Source: an uncultured virus (IMG/VR IMGVR_UViG_3300009500_000013) (taxonomy: Duplodnaviria; Heunggongvirae; Uroviricota; Caudoviricetes). From it: 64,000 nt of DNA. The notes beneath the pieces are model-generated. The model had not been told where the DNA came from. It did no database searches and saw only the letters and a program-made list of their open reading frames with translations. Below, piece by piece: positions 18,840 to 27,465 of the stretch; the first letter of the stretch is position 1, and each line of letters starts with the position of its first letter. A program made the translations under genes and the position numbers. The stretch is from IMG/VR virus record IMGVR_UViG_3300009500_000013. The stretch is one strand, 5' to 3'.

Positions 18840-19171
18840 TCAATTCTTCCATCTGATTTAAGAGGTAAATATAATTTTTCATCTAAATCAAAAATTTCTA
18901 AATACTCTTTTCTATTAGTTACCAATAAGAAATAGTTTAAATCTTTTTTATCTATTAATATATTAGAATATAACTTGGCTTTAATAAAATCTATTCCAAT
19001 TTCTCTATTTTTGTTCATGCCAGTCACTAATATCTTATTTTTAAAAACTTCTGGGTACTCCTCTTTTTCATGATAATTAATTTTAATATAAAAATCATAG
19101 TCAAAATACATAAGTTCGTTTAATAACCTAGCTATTCTAGTGTGTTCTGATAATATAGGAGAATATGTCAT
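18836..19171 (-). CDS. array A paralog 2
   Basis: YPEVFKNK, DLNYFLL, FDLDEKLY. Confidence 0.8.
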   Translation of the reverse strand: MTYSPILSEHTRIARLLNELMYFDYDFYIKINYHEKEEYPEVFKNKILVTGMNKNREIGIDFIKAKLYSNILIDKKDLNYFLLVTNRKEYLEIFDLDEKLYLPLKSDGRIE

Positions 19172-19554
19172 TTAATATAACCTAATTCTTTTAATGGTTT
19201 ATATAATTTTTCATCTAAGTCATAGCATTTGTGATATGAGGTTTCTTTGTTACATAGCAAAAAATAATTTAAGTCTTCTTTGTTAATTAATCCACTATAA
19301 TAATCTTTATCAGGAAAAGACAAGTTCACGTCTATAATTACATCATTTTTCATTCCAGTTATTAATACCTTATTTAAAAAAATTGAAGGATAATTGGTTT
19401 TTGTTTTTATAGTATATAATCCATTATATTCGTAATTTCCAAAGTACATGTCACTTTTTACATAATTTATATTAATAATTTCATCATAGAAATTATAGTC
19501 ATAATGCCTAACTAAAGACATAATTTCACTTATTTTTAGCGAAACTTCCGTCAT
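19168..19554 (-). CDS. array A paralog 3
   Basis: YPSIFLNK, DLNYFLL, YDLDEKLYKPL. Confidence 0.8.
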   Translation of the reverse strand: MTEVSLKISEIMSLVRHYDYNFYDEIININYVKSDMYFGNYEYNGLYTIKTKTNYPSIFLNKVLITGMKNDVIIDVNLSFPDKDYYSGLINKEDLNYFLLCNKETSYHKCYDLDEKLYKPLKELGYIK

Positions 19555-19892
19555 TTTACCAATCCCCTGCTTTTTAATAACTTATATAAGCATTCATCTA
19601 AATCGTAAAGAAGATCGTAATCTTTTTCAGGAACCGTAAGAAGAAAATAGTTTAAATCGTTCTTATCAAATATCAAACCACCGTAATGAAAAAAATTACT
19701 GGTTTCTATATCATGAATGGGATGTTTGCATTTTGTAACTAATATTTTATTTTTGAGATGTTCTGGGTAGCAACTAGATATATTATTGTTGAGATTAGAA
19801 TAAAAAGAAAAGTCAAAAGCACGAACAAACTCAAACACATCTGCCCTAGCTTCATAATCATTAATAATAGTTTTTATAACCATATTTGCCAA
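19551..19892 (-). CDS. array A paralog 4
   Basis: YPEHLKNK, DLNYFLL, YDLDECLY. Confidence 0.8.
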   Translation of the reverse strand: MANMVIKTIINDYEARADVFEFVRAFDFSFYSNLNNNISSCYPEHLKNKILVTKCKHPIHDIETSNFFHYGGLIFDKNDLNYFLLTVPEKDYDLLYDLDECLYKLLKSRGLVK

Positions 19893-19894
19893 CT

Positions 19895-20272
19895 TTATAG
19901 ATTAAGCATTTTTTTACTCAGCATTTCTAAAACATATCCCTCATAAACACATTTTTCTAAATCATAAGCAATTCTATAAAATTCTTTTGGAACTGTCAAG
20001 TTAAAATAATTTTTATCTTTTACATCTATTAGGCAATATCTTATTTCATTAGTAATTTCGTAACAATCTTTGCATTTTATATCTAAACTTTTTTCTATTC
20101 CATCATAATAATTATCGTAAGCGACTATTAACACTTTATTTCTTAGAAAACTTGGATATGTTTCAATATTGATGACGTAATATTGAAAATGTTTATTTTT
20201 AGGGTCAACATGATTATAAAAACTATGAATATAATAAGAATATCCATCGTTTTTCAAATTTTCTACTATCAT
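19895..20272 (-). CDS. array A paralog 5
   Basis: YPSFLRNK, DKNYFNL, YDLEKCVY. Confidence 0.8.
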   Translation of the reverse strand: MIVENLKNDGYSYYIHSFYNHVDPKNKHFQYYVINIETYPSFLRNKVLIVAYDNYYDGIEKSLDIKCKDCYEITNEIRYCLIDVKDKNYFNLTVPKEFYRIAYDLEKCVYEGYVLEMLSKKMLNL

Positions 20273-20278
20273 ATAATA

Positions 20279-20608
20279 TCAATCCCATTTTACGATCTTT
20301 TTAAACCGTTCTGGTTGAAAACTTAGCATATATTCATCTAAGTCAAAAACATTTTGATAGCCTTCTTTTTTAGTAATAAGTTTAAAATAATTTACGTCTT
20401 CGCTGTTTATTAATACATCAGAATCACTAAACCAACTAATCCATTCTCTATCATTATCTCCTATAAAAAATGATTCGTTTTTATTAGTATCTGTGACTAT
20501 AGCCTTTCCTTTATATTTTGATTTTAACTGAATCGGTCTATCAATGACATCATAATAAAATAACTCATATTTAATAGCTAAAAATAAAAAGTCTTCAAAA
20601 TCACTCAT
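20279..20608 (-). CDS. array A paralog 6
   Basis: DVNYFKL, FDLDE; promoter TTGACA-17-TAAGAT at 20640-20668. Confidence 0.8.
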   Translation of the reverse strand: MSDFEDFLFLAIKYELFYYDVIDRPIQLKSKYKGKAIVTDTNKNESFFIGDNDREWISWFSDSDVLINSEDVNYFKLITKKEGYQNVFDLDEYMLSFQPERFKKIVKWD

Positions 20609-20664
20609 AATGAATCACATCTTCAAAAAAATTTATTCTATCTTACATTAATTACATAAATTTG

Positions 20665-21021
20665 TCAATAGTCGAATCCAGCAATACAACCATTACATGT
20701 TAAAGGATGGTAAAGATACATATCTAATTCATAAAGACAACAATAGTTAATTCCTATTAGTTTTATATAATCTATATCATAATCATTAATCAAGTGCATA
20801 TATCCTTTGTTACTACCATACATATTATGAACTATAGATGATAATCCTAAATCTTTTTCTTCTACATCTGTAATCAGCACTTTATGACGATATTTAAATG
20901 GGTAATGAACGCTTGCTATGCCATAAGTAGCGTCTTGTAAGCTATTAATAAAATTAAAATCTCGATCTGCATGAAGAAACTGACTAATATGATGAGGGAG
21001 ATATTGCATAGTTACTAACAT
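20665..21021 (-). CDS. array A paralog 7
   Basis: YPFKYRHK, DIDYIKL, YELDMYLYHPL. Confidence 0.8.
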   Translation of the reverse strand: MLVTMQYLPHHISQFLHADRDFNFINSLQDATYGIASVHYPFKYRHKVLITDVEEKDLGLSSIVHNMYGSNKGYMHLINDYDIDYIKLIGINYCCLYELDMYLYHPLTCNGCIAGFDY

Positions 21022-21024
21022 ATA

Positions 21025-21390
21025 TTACCTTTCAATTTTATCAAGTAAATCATTTTTCCAAAGATAATTATATATAAGTTCATCTAAATTAAAAAACTTT
21101 AATTTCTCATTAGGAAACATCAATTTAACATAATTAACGTCTTCTTCAGAAATTAAATGACTAAACCCATCATCATCATCCAAATTTTGATTGCTAACAT
21201 AATATGAGGTTATCCCAATATCTTTAATGTTAATGCCAGTAACCAACCATTTTTTACGAAGTCTTGAAGGATATTTTATATGAATGAATTTTTCTACCGT
21301 ATCTAATATATCATAATAGAGCTCATTATCATAATGTGAAAGAAAAAACATGACTTCGTTAGGAATTGCTTTAGGTGATTTCAGATACAT
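21025..21390 (-). CDS. array A paralog 8
   Basis: YPSRLRKK, DVNYVKL, FNLDELIY. Confidence 0.8.
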   Translation of the reverse strand: MYLKSPKAIPNEVMFFLSHYDNELYYDILDTVEKFIHIKYPSRLRKKWLVTGINIKDIGITSYYVSNQNLDDDDGFSHLISEEDVNYVKLMFPNEKLKFFNLDELIYNYLWKNDLLDKIER

Positions 21391-21746
21391 TGCTTAATCT
21401 TTTCATATAATTCTTCATCTAAATCAACAATTTCATGGTAATTATTTTCTATTAATTTAAAGTAATTTATATCTTCTTTGTTTATAAGGATAGTTTTCCT
21501 CTTACTATCATTGTATTCATAAATTTTCCGATGTTCAATTCCATAGAAACTATCACGAGGTACTCCTTCTATAAGTACCATGCCTTTAAGTTCATTTGGA
21601 TATAATTCTAACATTTTTTTAAAATTTTTTTCTCTAAGGAATATTTGAATCTCTAACATGAAATTATTATAATGATCATATAAAAACCAATATATCAAAT
21701 TATTTAACTTTAAGTCAATATTAGTGTTAGCATGAAGTATCATCAT
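21381..21746 (-). CDS. array A paralog 9
   Basis: YPNELKG, DINYFKL, VDLDEELY. Confidence 0.8.
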   Translation of the reverse strand: MMILHANTNIDLKLNNLIYWFLYDHYNNFMLEIQIFLREKNFKKMLELYPNELKGMVLIEGVPRDSFYGIEHRKIYEYNDSKRKTILINKEDINYFKLIENNYHEIVDLDEELYEKIKQCI

Positions 21747-21756
21747 AATTATTTCT

Positions 21757-22095
21757 TTACTTTTGCATATTTTCTAAAATATTATAAAGTTCTTCATCTA
21801 AATCATATATGTTATAGTAATCGCTTTTGTCTAATATTATTTTAAGATAATTTATATCTTTTTTATCAATAAGCATTGCTATTTTTCTATCGTCTAATGT
21901 CTTATATTTTTTATAAATAGTAATCCCATAATCTTTATCAAATACGCCATCTATTAAACCTTTTCCAATAAGTTCACTGGGATAATCTGCCATAGAAAGT
22001 TCAGTAAATTCATTATTGTAGTTATTTTTCAAAAATCTAATTAAATTTAGACTAGGAATAGTAGTCATTGCAAATTTCTCAATTACATTAAACAT
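21757..22095 (-). CDS. array A paralog 10
   Basis: YPSELIGK, DINYLKI, YDLDEELY. Confidence 0.8.
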   Translation of the reverse strand: MFNVIEKFAMTTIPSLNLIRFLKNNYNNEFTELSMADYPSELIGKGLIDGVFDKDYGITIYKKYKTLDDRKIAMLIDKKDINYLKIILDKSDYYNIYDLDEELYNILENMQK

Positions 22096-22111
22096 TTTAT
22101 TATTATCTCCA

Positions 22112-22429
22112 TTACATTATTGGTGGTGCGTAATGATAATCAATTTTACTTAAATCATAGATAATAAATTTACTTGCAGTCATTAGTTTTATGTAAATAA
22201 TGTTTTCTTCAGTGCATAAACCGCCTTTATTTGGAATATAGTTTGTTACCACATCTCCTAAATCAATATTTAACTCACTTATAAAAAACATATTTCTAGC
22301 ATATTCTGGCAATTCGTGTTTTCCAGGAAAAACGGCTGCGTCTAATATATTTTTATATAAATTATAATCATATTTTACAATAGATTCAATAAAATGAAAA
22401 TTTGACATAAAAGTTTTTACCTTACACAA
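22112..22429 (-). CDS. array A paralog 11 (divergent)
   Basis: YDYNLY, ENIIYIKL, YDL. Confidence 0.65.
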   Translation of the reverse strand: MCKVKTFMSNFHFIESIVKYDYNLYKNILDAAVFPGKHELPEYARNMFFISELNIDLGDVVTNYIPNKGGLCTEENIIYIKLMTASKFIIYDLSKIDYHYAPPIM

Positions 22430-22737
22430 CCATAAAATTTTAAAGGTTTATATAAATGTTCATCTAAATCATAAAAGCGTTCGCTTTTGTAAGTAGTAAG
22501 CAAAAAATAGTTTAAATCGTTCTTTTCTACCAATAAAAATTCTCTTATTGGATTACCTAAAAATAATAAAAATTTTTCTTTAAAAATTGTTGAATAATTA
22601 AATTCTTTAGTAAAATTTAGATGCCTATCTTTATAAAATTCTATACAGTTTAAATAAAATTCTCCGTTATCATAATAATAAAAAAATCTACTTATAAGAA
22701 AAAAAGTAGTTCTGTTCTTTATATAATCAGTCTCCAC
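22417..22737 (-). CDS. array A paralog 12
   Basis: DLNYFLL, YDLDEHLYKPL. Confidence 0.8.
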   Translation of the reverse strand: METDYIKNRTTFFLISRFFYYYDNGEFYLNCIEFYKDRHLNFTKEFNYSTIFKEKFLLFLGNPIREFLLVEKNDLNYFLLTTYKSERFYDLDEHLYKPLKFYGCVR

Positions 22738-23042
22738 GCAAACATCCTTTCAACTTCAAAGGTTTGTACAATTCTTCATCTAAGTCATGATAACTGTGAT
22801 AAAATTCTTTAGGTGTTGTTAATAGGAAATAGTTTAATTCTTTTTTATCTATTAAGGGATAATTATTTTCAAACCATGACAAAGGTTTTAAAAAGTCGAT
22901 AAAAACTTTACCTCTCAATTCTTTTGGGTTAAGGCACATTATATTCCATTTCTGATAAATTATTAATTCTATAAACATAACCATAAAATATTTCATCATA
23001 ATCAAATAAAAAATCCATTAAATAATAGTTTATTTTTTTCAT
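22727..23042 (-). pseudogene. array A paralog 13 with a +1 insertion
   Basis: ATG 23042 gives MKKINYYLMDFLFDYDEIFY...VP-TAA; removing one A restores the family YPKELRGK and joins ELNYFLL...HDLDEELYKPL. Confidence 0.7.
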
Positions 23043-23428
23043 TATTCTATCTCTTCAGCTTCGTACCATTCTGCAAAATCATCAATAAAACCACTCACCT
23101 CTACAATAACAAATGGTTCGTTTCTATATATAGCTGCTGCAAAACGATGGTTTCCGTCAAGTAGGTACGCTCCTTCTAAACTAAAATCTAATTCAAGAGG
23201 TTCGTTTGATGGGTGAACTACAAGATATGCTATTCTCTTTATATGATCTTCTAAACTCCAAAAACTATTTTTATCTGAATCCGTAGCGTAAGAATCTATA
23301 AAATCTTTTTTAGCGATAGCAAGTTTAATATCTTTTTTCTTTATAATGCCACCGCATTCCCATACGTCATCGTTAAAGCAACTATGAACACAATCTTCTA
23401 ATTTTTTAGTTTTTACTTTATATAACAT
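23042..23428 (-). CDS. ParB/Srx N-terminal-like domain protein
   Basis: RIAYLV....P.E, LLDGNHRFAAA motif. Confidence 0.7.
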   Translation of the reverse strand: MLYKVKTKKLEDCVHSCFNDDVWECGGIIKKKDIKLAIAKKDFIDSYATDSDKNSFWSLEDHIKRIAYLVVHPSNEPLELDFSLEGAYLLDGNHRFAAAIYRNEPFVIVEVSGFIDDFAEWYEAEEIE

Positions 23429-23458
23429 TTTATTATTTTCCTTAAGATTTTATTAAAG

Positions 23459-23806
23459 TCAAGCCACTACTACATATTTCTTTAAAGGCTTATAAAGTTC
23501 TTCATCTAAATCGTAAATTCCAGCATATTTGTATTCTTTTTTATCATGTGTAAGTCTATAATAATTAAAATTTTCTTGGGTAATAATTTTTCCTATTAAT
23601 CCATCATAAGATTTACATGTTTTAAAAACCAAGTCATCATCAATATTCAAATGAAATGCTAAAAATTTTTTTCTTAACTCTTTTGGATAAATTGGTTTTA
23701 TTTTTTTATCAATAAACAAATCATTATAAAAATTATAATAACATTCTTTTAGCATCATTGATACATCTTTATATAACGAAACATTCTCAATTCTTGTAAT
23801 CGCCAT
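23459..23806 (-). CDS. array A paralog 14
   Basis: YPKELRKK, NFNYYRL, YDLDEELYKPL. Confidence 0.8.
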   Translation of the reverse strand: MAITRIENVSLYKDVSMMLKECYYNFYNDLFIDKKIKPIYPKELRKKFLAFHLNIDDDLVFKTCKSYDGLIGKIITQENFNYYRLTHDKKEYKYAGIYDLDEELYKPLKKYVVVA

Positions 23807-23807
23807 G

Positions 23808-24185
23808 TCATTTAACCCTTCTTAAATTCTTCTTAAATTCCTTATATGGTTTATAAAGTTCTTCATCTAAAATTATAAAGTCTTTATTAAAATATTTTTT
23901 ATCATTGATTGTAGTAAGTTTATAGTAAAGATAATCACTAATATTCATTAAAGAAAAATTAGGCTGACGCATTATTCCATTACAATAATCTATAACAAGA
24001 ACTTTTTTTCTTAAATATCTTGGATATTTTATATATTTTTGATAAAATAAACCAATAATGTCGTAGGATGGTCTGATAGCTTTATAAAATTGAGGATATT
24101 TTATTTTAATAAACTCTGCTATCCTAATTTGTTCACAATTAAGCTCAAACCAATAAAAATTTATATCACTAAGTTTCTTTTTCAT
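23808..24185 (-). CDS. array A paralog 15
   Basis: YPRYLRKK, DYLYYKL, LDEELYKP. Confidence 0.8.
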   Translation of the reverse strand: MKKKLSDINFYWFELNCEQIRIAEFIKIKYPQFYKAIRPSYDIIGLFYQKYIKYPRYLRKKVLVIDYCNGIMRQPNFSLMNISDYLYYKLTTINDKKYFNKDFIILDEELYKPYKEFKKNLRRVK

Positions 24186-24188
24186 ATC

Positions 24189-24527
24189 TTATAATAGCAC
24201 AAGATAATTAGATGTCAAGGATGAAAGAATTTCATCTATATCATGAATTTCATAGTAATCATTCTTATTAGTTGTTAATAGGAAATAGTTTAATTCTTTT
24301 TTATCTATTATGGAATAATTACGATAACATACGTTATTATAAATTTTTTCTAATTCAACATAACAAGGCATTTTCAAATCAACTATTAAAATTTTTCCTA
24401 ATAATTCTTTTGGAAATTCTTTTATAAAATTTTCAACGTCTTTAGTTAAGTAATATGGTAGCATATCAAAATCATAAACATCTCGTAGAAAAAACATAAT
24501 ATTAGGGGGGAAATGCCTGATTAACAT
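24189..24527 (-). CDS. array A paralog 16
   Basis: FPKELLGK, ELNYFLL, HDIDE. Confidence 0.8.
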   Translation of the reverse strand: MLIRHFPPNIMFFLRDVYDFDMLPYYLTKDVENFIKEFPKELLGKILIVDLKMPCYVELEKIYNNVCYRNYSIIDKKELNYFLLTTNKNDYYEIHDIDEILSSLTSNYLVLL

Positions 24528-24535
24528 TCGTTTTC

Positions 24536-24859
24536 CTATTTAATTTTATCATAAACTTCTTTATCAAGATCATAAATCCCATAATAATCTTTTTCATTTA
24601 TGCATAACTTAAAATAATTAATATCCTCTTTAGGGATTAAAAAAGCATCTCTAAATAGTTTTTTACTTTTTGGAATATTATCAAAATAAACATTTCCTTT
24701 GAGACCATGTACTAGAGCTTTACCTTTAAGTTCATTGGGATATTGTTCTATGAGATTAATTTTTGGAGTATTATTTTCATAAGCCAGCAAACTATAATAT
24801 TCTGAATAGTTATCAAAGAGAAAAAATAAAATTGGAGATTCATAATCACGATATATCAT
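24536..24859 (-). CDS. array A paralog 17
   Basis: YPNELKGK, DINYFKL, YDLDKEVY. Confidence 0.8.
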   Translation of the reverse strand: MIYRDYESPILFFLFDNYSEYYSLLAYENNTPKINLIEQYPNELKGKALVHGLKGNVYFDNIPKSKKLFRDAFLIPKEDINYFKLCINEKDYYGIYDLDKEVYDKIK

Positions 24860-24882
24860 AATTTTATAACTTCCTATAAAGT

Positions 24883-25278
24883 CTAATTAGACAATAATCC
24901 AACATCATTTACTATTTTATATAAACATTCATCTAAATTGTACATATTACCATATTTTTCCCTTGGTATTATTAATTGAAAATATGGTGCATCTTTACTG
25001 TCAATTAAAAAGCAATCATGTTTATGATATTTTCCAAATAGTTCTATATCATAAACATGTCGCCAATCTAAATTAGTTCTAGTTATTAAAGTCTTTCCAC
25101 GAAACTTTTCTGGATAATAAATGTTTTTTCTTAAACAAATAACTTGAAAATTAAAATAATTATGTGCTTTATATAAGTAATCTCTTACTTCATTTGGGAT
25201 TGCTCTATATAACTTATCACTCAAATAAAGAAACTCTTCTGCGGAATATTCTTGAGTAATATCTTTTTTAATTTCCAT
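24883..25278 (-). CDS. array A paralog 18
   Basis: YPEKFRGK, DAPYFQL, YNLDECLY. Confidence 0.8.
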   Translation of the reverse strand: MEIKKDITQEYSAEEFLYLSDKLYRAIPNEVRDYLYKAHNYFNFQVICLRKNIYYPEKFRGKTLITRTNLDWRHVYDIELFGKYHKHDCFLIDSKDAPYFQLIIPREKYGNMYNLDECLYKIVNDVGLLSN

Positions 25279-26551
25279 ATAAATGTTCTAAAAATTTATT
25301 TAATCCAATAGTTTTTTCTTGAATTTGTGGAGCATTACCATAAATGGAAATACTTGGTTTATTTTTTAATATATCAGTCACTACTTTTTTAATATCATCT
25401 AAGGTTATTTCATCAATAATTCTTAATGTTTCATTTATATCAAAAATTTTACCATAGTTCTGAAGACTTGTCAAGTTGCTTAGACCTTGGCTATTAATAC
25501 TTTCTAAGTGAGTGGCAGTTGATGTTTTAATTACGTTTTTAGATTTTTGCAAATCTTGTTCTGTTAAATTATCTTTAAACGTATTTAAAACCAATGCAGT
25601 TGCTTCTAAAAATTCTTCAACCTTAGTATTATCAGTACCTCCTGTAATACCAAATAAACCAGTATTTGTAAAAAATTCTACAAAACTGCTAACGCTATAA
25701 ACCAATCCACGTTTTTCTCGTATTTCACTAAATAGTTTACTTGTCATGCCAGAACTCATGATAGTATCAAATAATTGTAAAATTTTTCTTTCTTTAAGAG
25801 TTAGTTGATTATGCCCTTTTAAAGGAAAAGCAATAGCAACACTTACTTGGTTATCTTCTTCTTTGTGTATTAATACCTCTCCAGACTTAAATTCAGGTGA
25901 AGATAATACTTTATGTTTAAATTTATCTTTGGTATGAAAATACTTTTTAGCTAATTCTACTACATCTTTGTGTTTAACATTTCCAGAAACACTCAAGATC
26001 ATATTTTTAGTATGATAATGTTTTCTATAGTATTTTTTTAAGTCTTCTGATTTATATGCAAGTATTTGATTTTCAAATCCAAGAATAGGAGTTGATAGCC
26101 TATCATTAGGATAACAAGCAGATGATAATCCTTCGTATAGCATATCATTTTGGTTATCTTGGCTTCTTTTAATTTCTTGAACTACAACGTGTGATTCTTT
26201 ATCCATTTCTTCTTGCGGAAAGATACTATTTAAAACTTGGTCACTTAAAACATCAATAGCTAGCTCTAAATGGTTTTTTAAACCTTTAATATAATAAACG
26301 GTTTGCTCATTGGAGGTATAAGCATTAGTATATGCTCCCACAGAATCCACCGCTTCATTTAATTCTTTACATGTTCTTTTAGTTGTACCTTTAAACAATA
26401 AATGTTCTAAGTAATGGCTTAGACCAATTTCACTATCTAATTCGTTTCTATTTCCGACTTTTATACCAACTGAAACAAAAACGGTTTCAACATTTTTATT
26501 AGGTTCAGTTACTATTGTTAAACCATTTCTTAATTTCGTTATTTTAGTCAT
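25268..26551 (-). CDS. M16 (pitrilysin/MPP-like) zinc peptidase
   Basis: L.NGL.IV, G..H.LEHLLFKGT (HxxEH), NAYTS, SKLF.EIREKRGLVYS. Confidence 0.92.
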   Translation of the reverse strand: MTKITKLRNGLTIVTEPNKNVETVFVSVGIKVGNRNELDSEIGLSHYLEHLLFKGTTKRTCKELNEAVDSVGAYTNAYTSNEQTVYYIKGLKNHLELAIDVLSDQVLNSIFPQEEMDKESHVVVQEIKRSQDNQNDMLYEGLSSACYPNDRLSTPILGFENQILAYKSEDLKKYYRKHYHTKNMILSVSGNVKHKDVVELAKKYFHTKDKFKHKVLSSPEFKSGEVLIHKEEDNQVSVAIAFPLKGHNQLTLKERKILQLFDTIMSSGMTSKLFSEIREKRGLVYSVSSFVEFFTNTGLFGITGGTDNTKVEEFLEATALVLNTFKDNLTEQDLQKSKNVIKTSTATHLESINSQGLSNLTSLQNYGKIFDINETLRIIDEITLDDIKKVVTDILKNKPSISIYGNAPQIQEKTIGLNKFLEHLYGN

Positions 26552-27042
26552 TATTATTCTTTCTCTTTTTTAATTGTTCTTTTTTAATTCTTACCATTAA
26601 ATCTTGGCATTCTTCCATTTCTTTTTGTCTTAATCGACTACCTTCATCCACATTAATGAGACAACAAACAACAATAACTAGTATTTAATAAATGCTATAT
26701 TATTCTTTCTTTTGATTGCTTATAAAAAATCTTTTCCAAGCAAAACTGGTTTTTCATTAGCAAAATCTTTTTCTTTTTTTATTTGTTCCTCTTTCATTAT
26801 TTTTACTTTTTCATAAAACGATAATGCTTCATCCAAAGTTGAAAAAGGTTTGCCTACATTAACACCAACCCATTAATTGATTATAAACATTTTTTGTTTG
26901 TAAAGTTCAAAACCCATATTCTTTATTAGGAACTGCATAAACTTTGCCAATTTCCATATCTGGGTAATTATCTTTTATTTCTGTTGTCATAATTTTTTTC
27001 TTGTTGTTATTGATAATAATTAAGTCTTGGTGTGGCATGGGA

Positions 27043-27465
27043 TTATTCCTCAACTATTTTTACATGACGGATTTTACCATCTTTAATTGCAGCACGCACA
27101 TTAGCAGCCTCATCTATTGAGAGTCCCACAGCCTTTAAATCTTTATATATATCCAAATATATTGTTGAAATTTGTTCTTTCTTTGAAATCATCATGTCTT
27201 CTTGATTTTTATAGTCATGCAAAAGTTTAAGTTCTATATCACACAAGGTTTTATATAATTTTTCATATAAACTTTCTCTAGTAATATTCATATCCTTTAA
27301 TTGCTCTGGGCTACAAAAAATATAGTCATTGCTCGCATGAAATAACTTTTCTAAATCATCTCTAAGAATAGCAACAAGATAATCCTCTTCTCTTTCCGCT
27401 GCATTACCCTCATTAAACGATGGCGTAGGAAACGCACCAAGCGATGGTGTTATTTTGTCTTTCAT
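27043..27465 (-). CDS. hypothetical protein
   Basis: AAGGA RBS and ATGA overlap with the Dcm stop. Confidence 0.65.
   Translation of the reverse strand: MKDKITPSLGAFPTPSFNEGNAAEREEDYLVAILRDDLEKLFHASNDYIFCSPEQLKDMNITRESLYEKLYKTLCDIELKLLHDYKNQEDMMISKKEQISTIYLDIYKDLKAVGLSIDEAANVRAAIKDGKIRHVKIVEE

Noticed and set aside
18139..25278. CRISPR array or integron cassette array
   Set aside because: The repeats are inside coding sequence and degenerate; genes abut or overlap with no attC-like or fixed intergenic repeat, and no cas or integrase gene is visible
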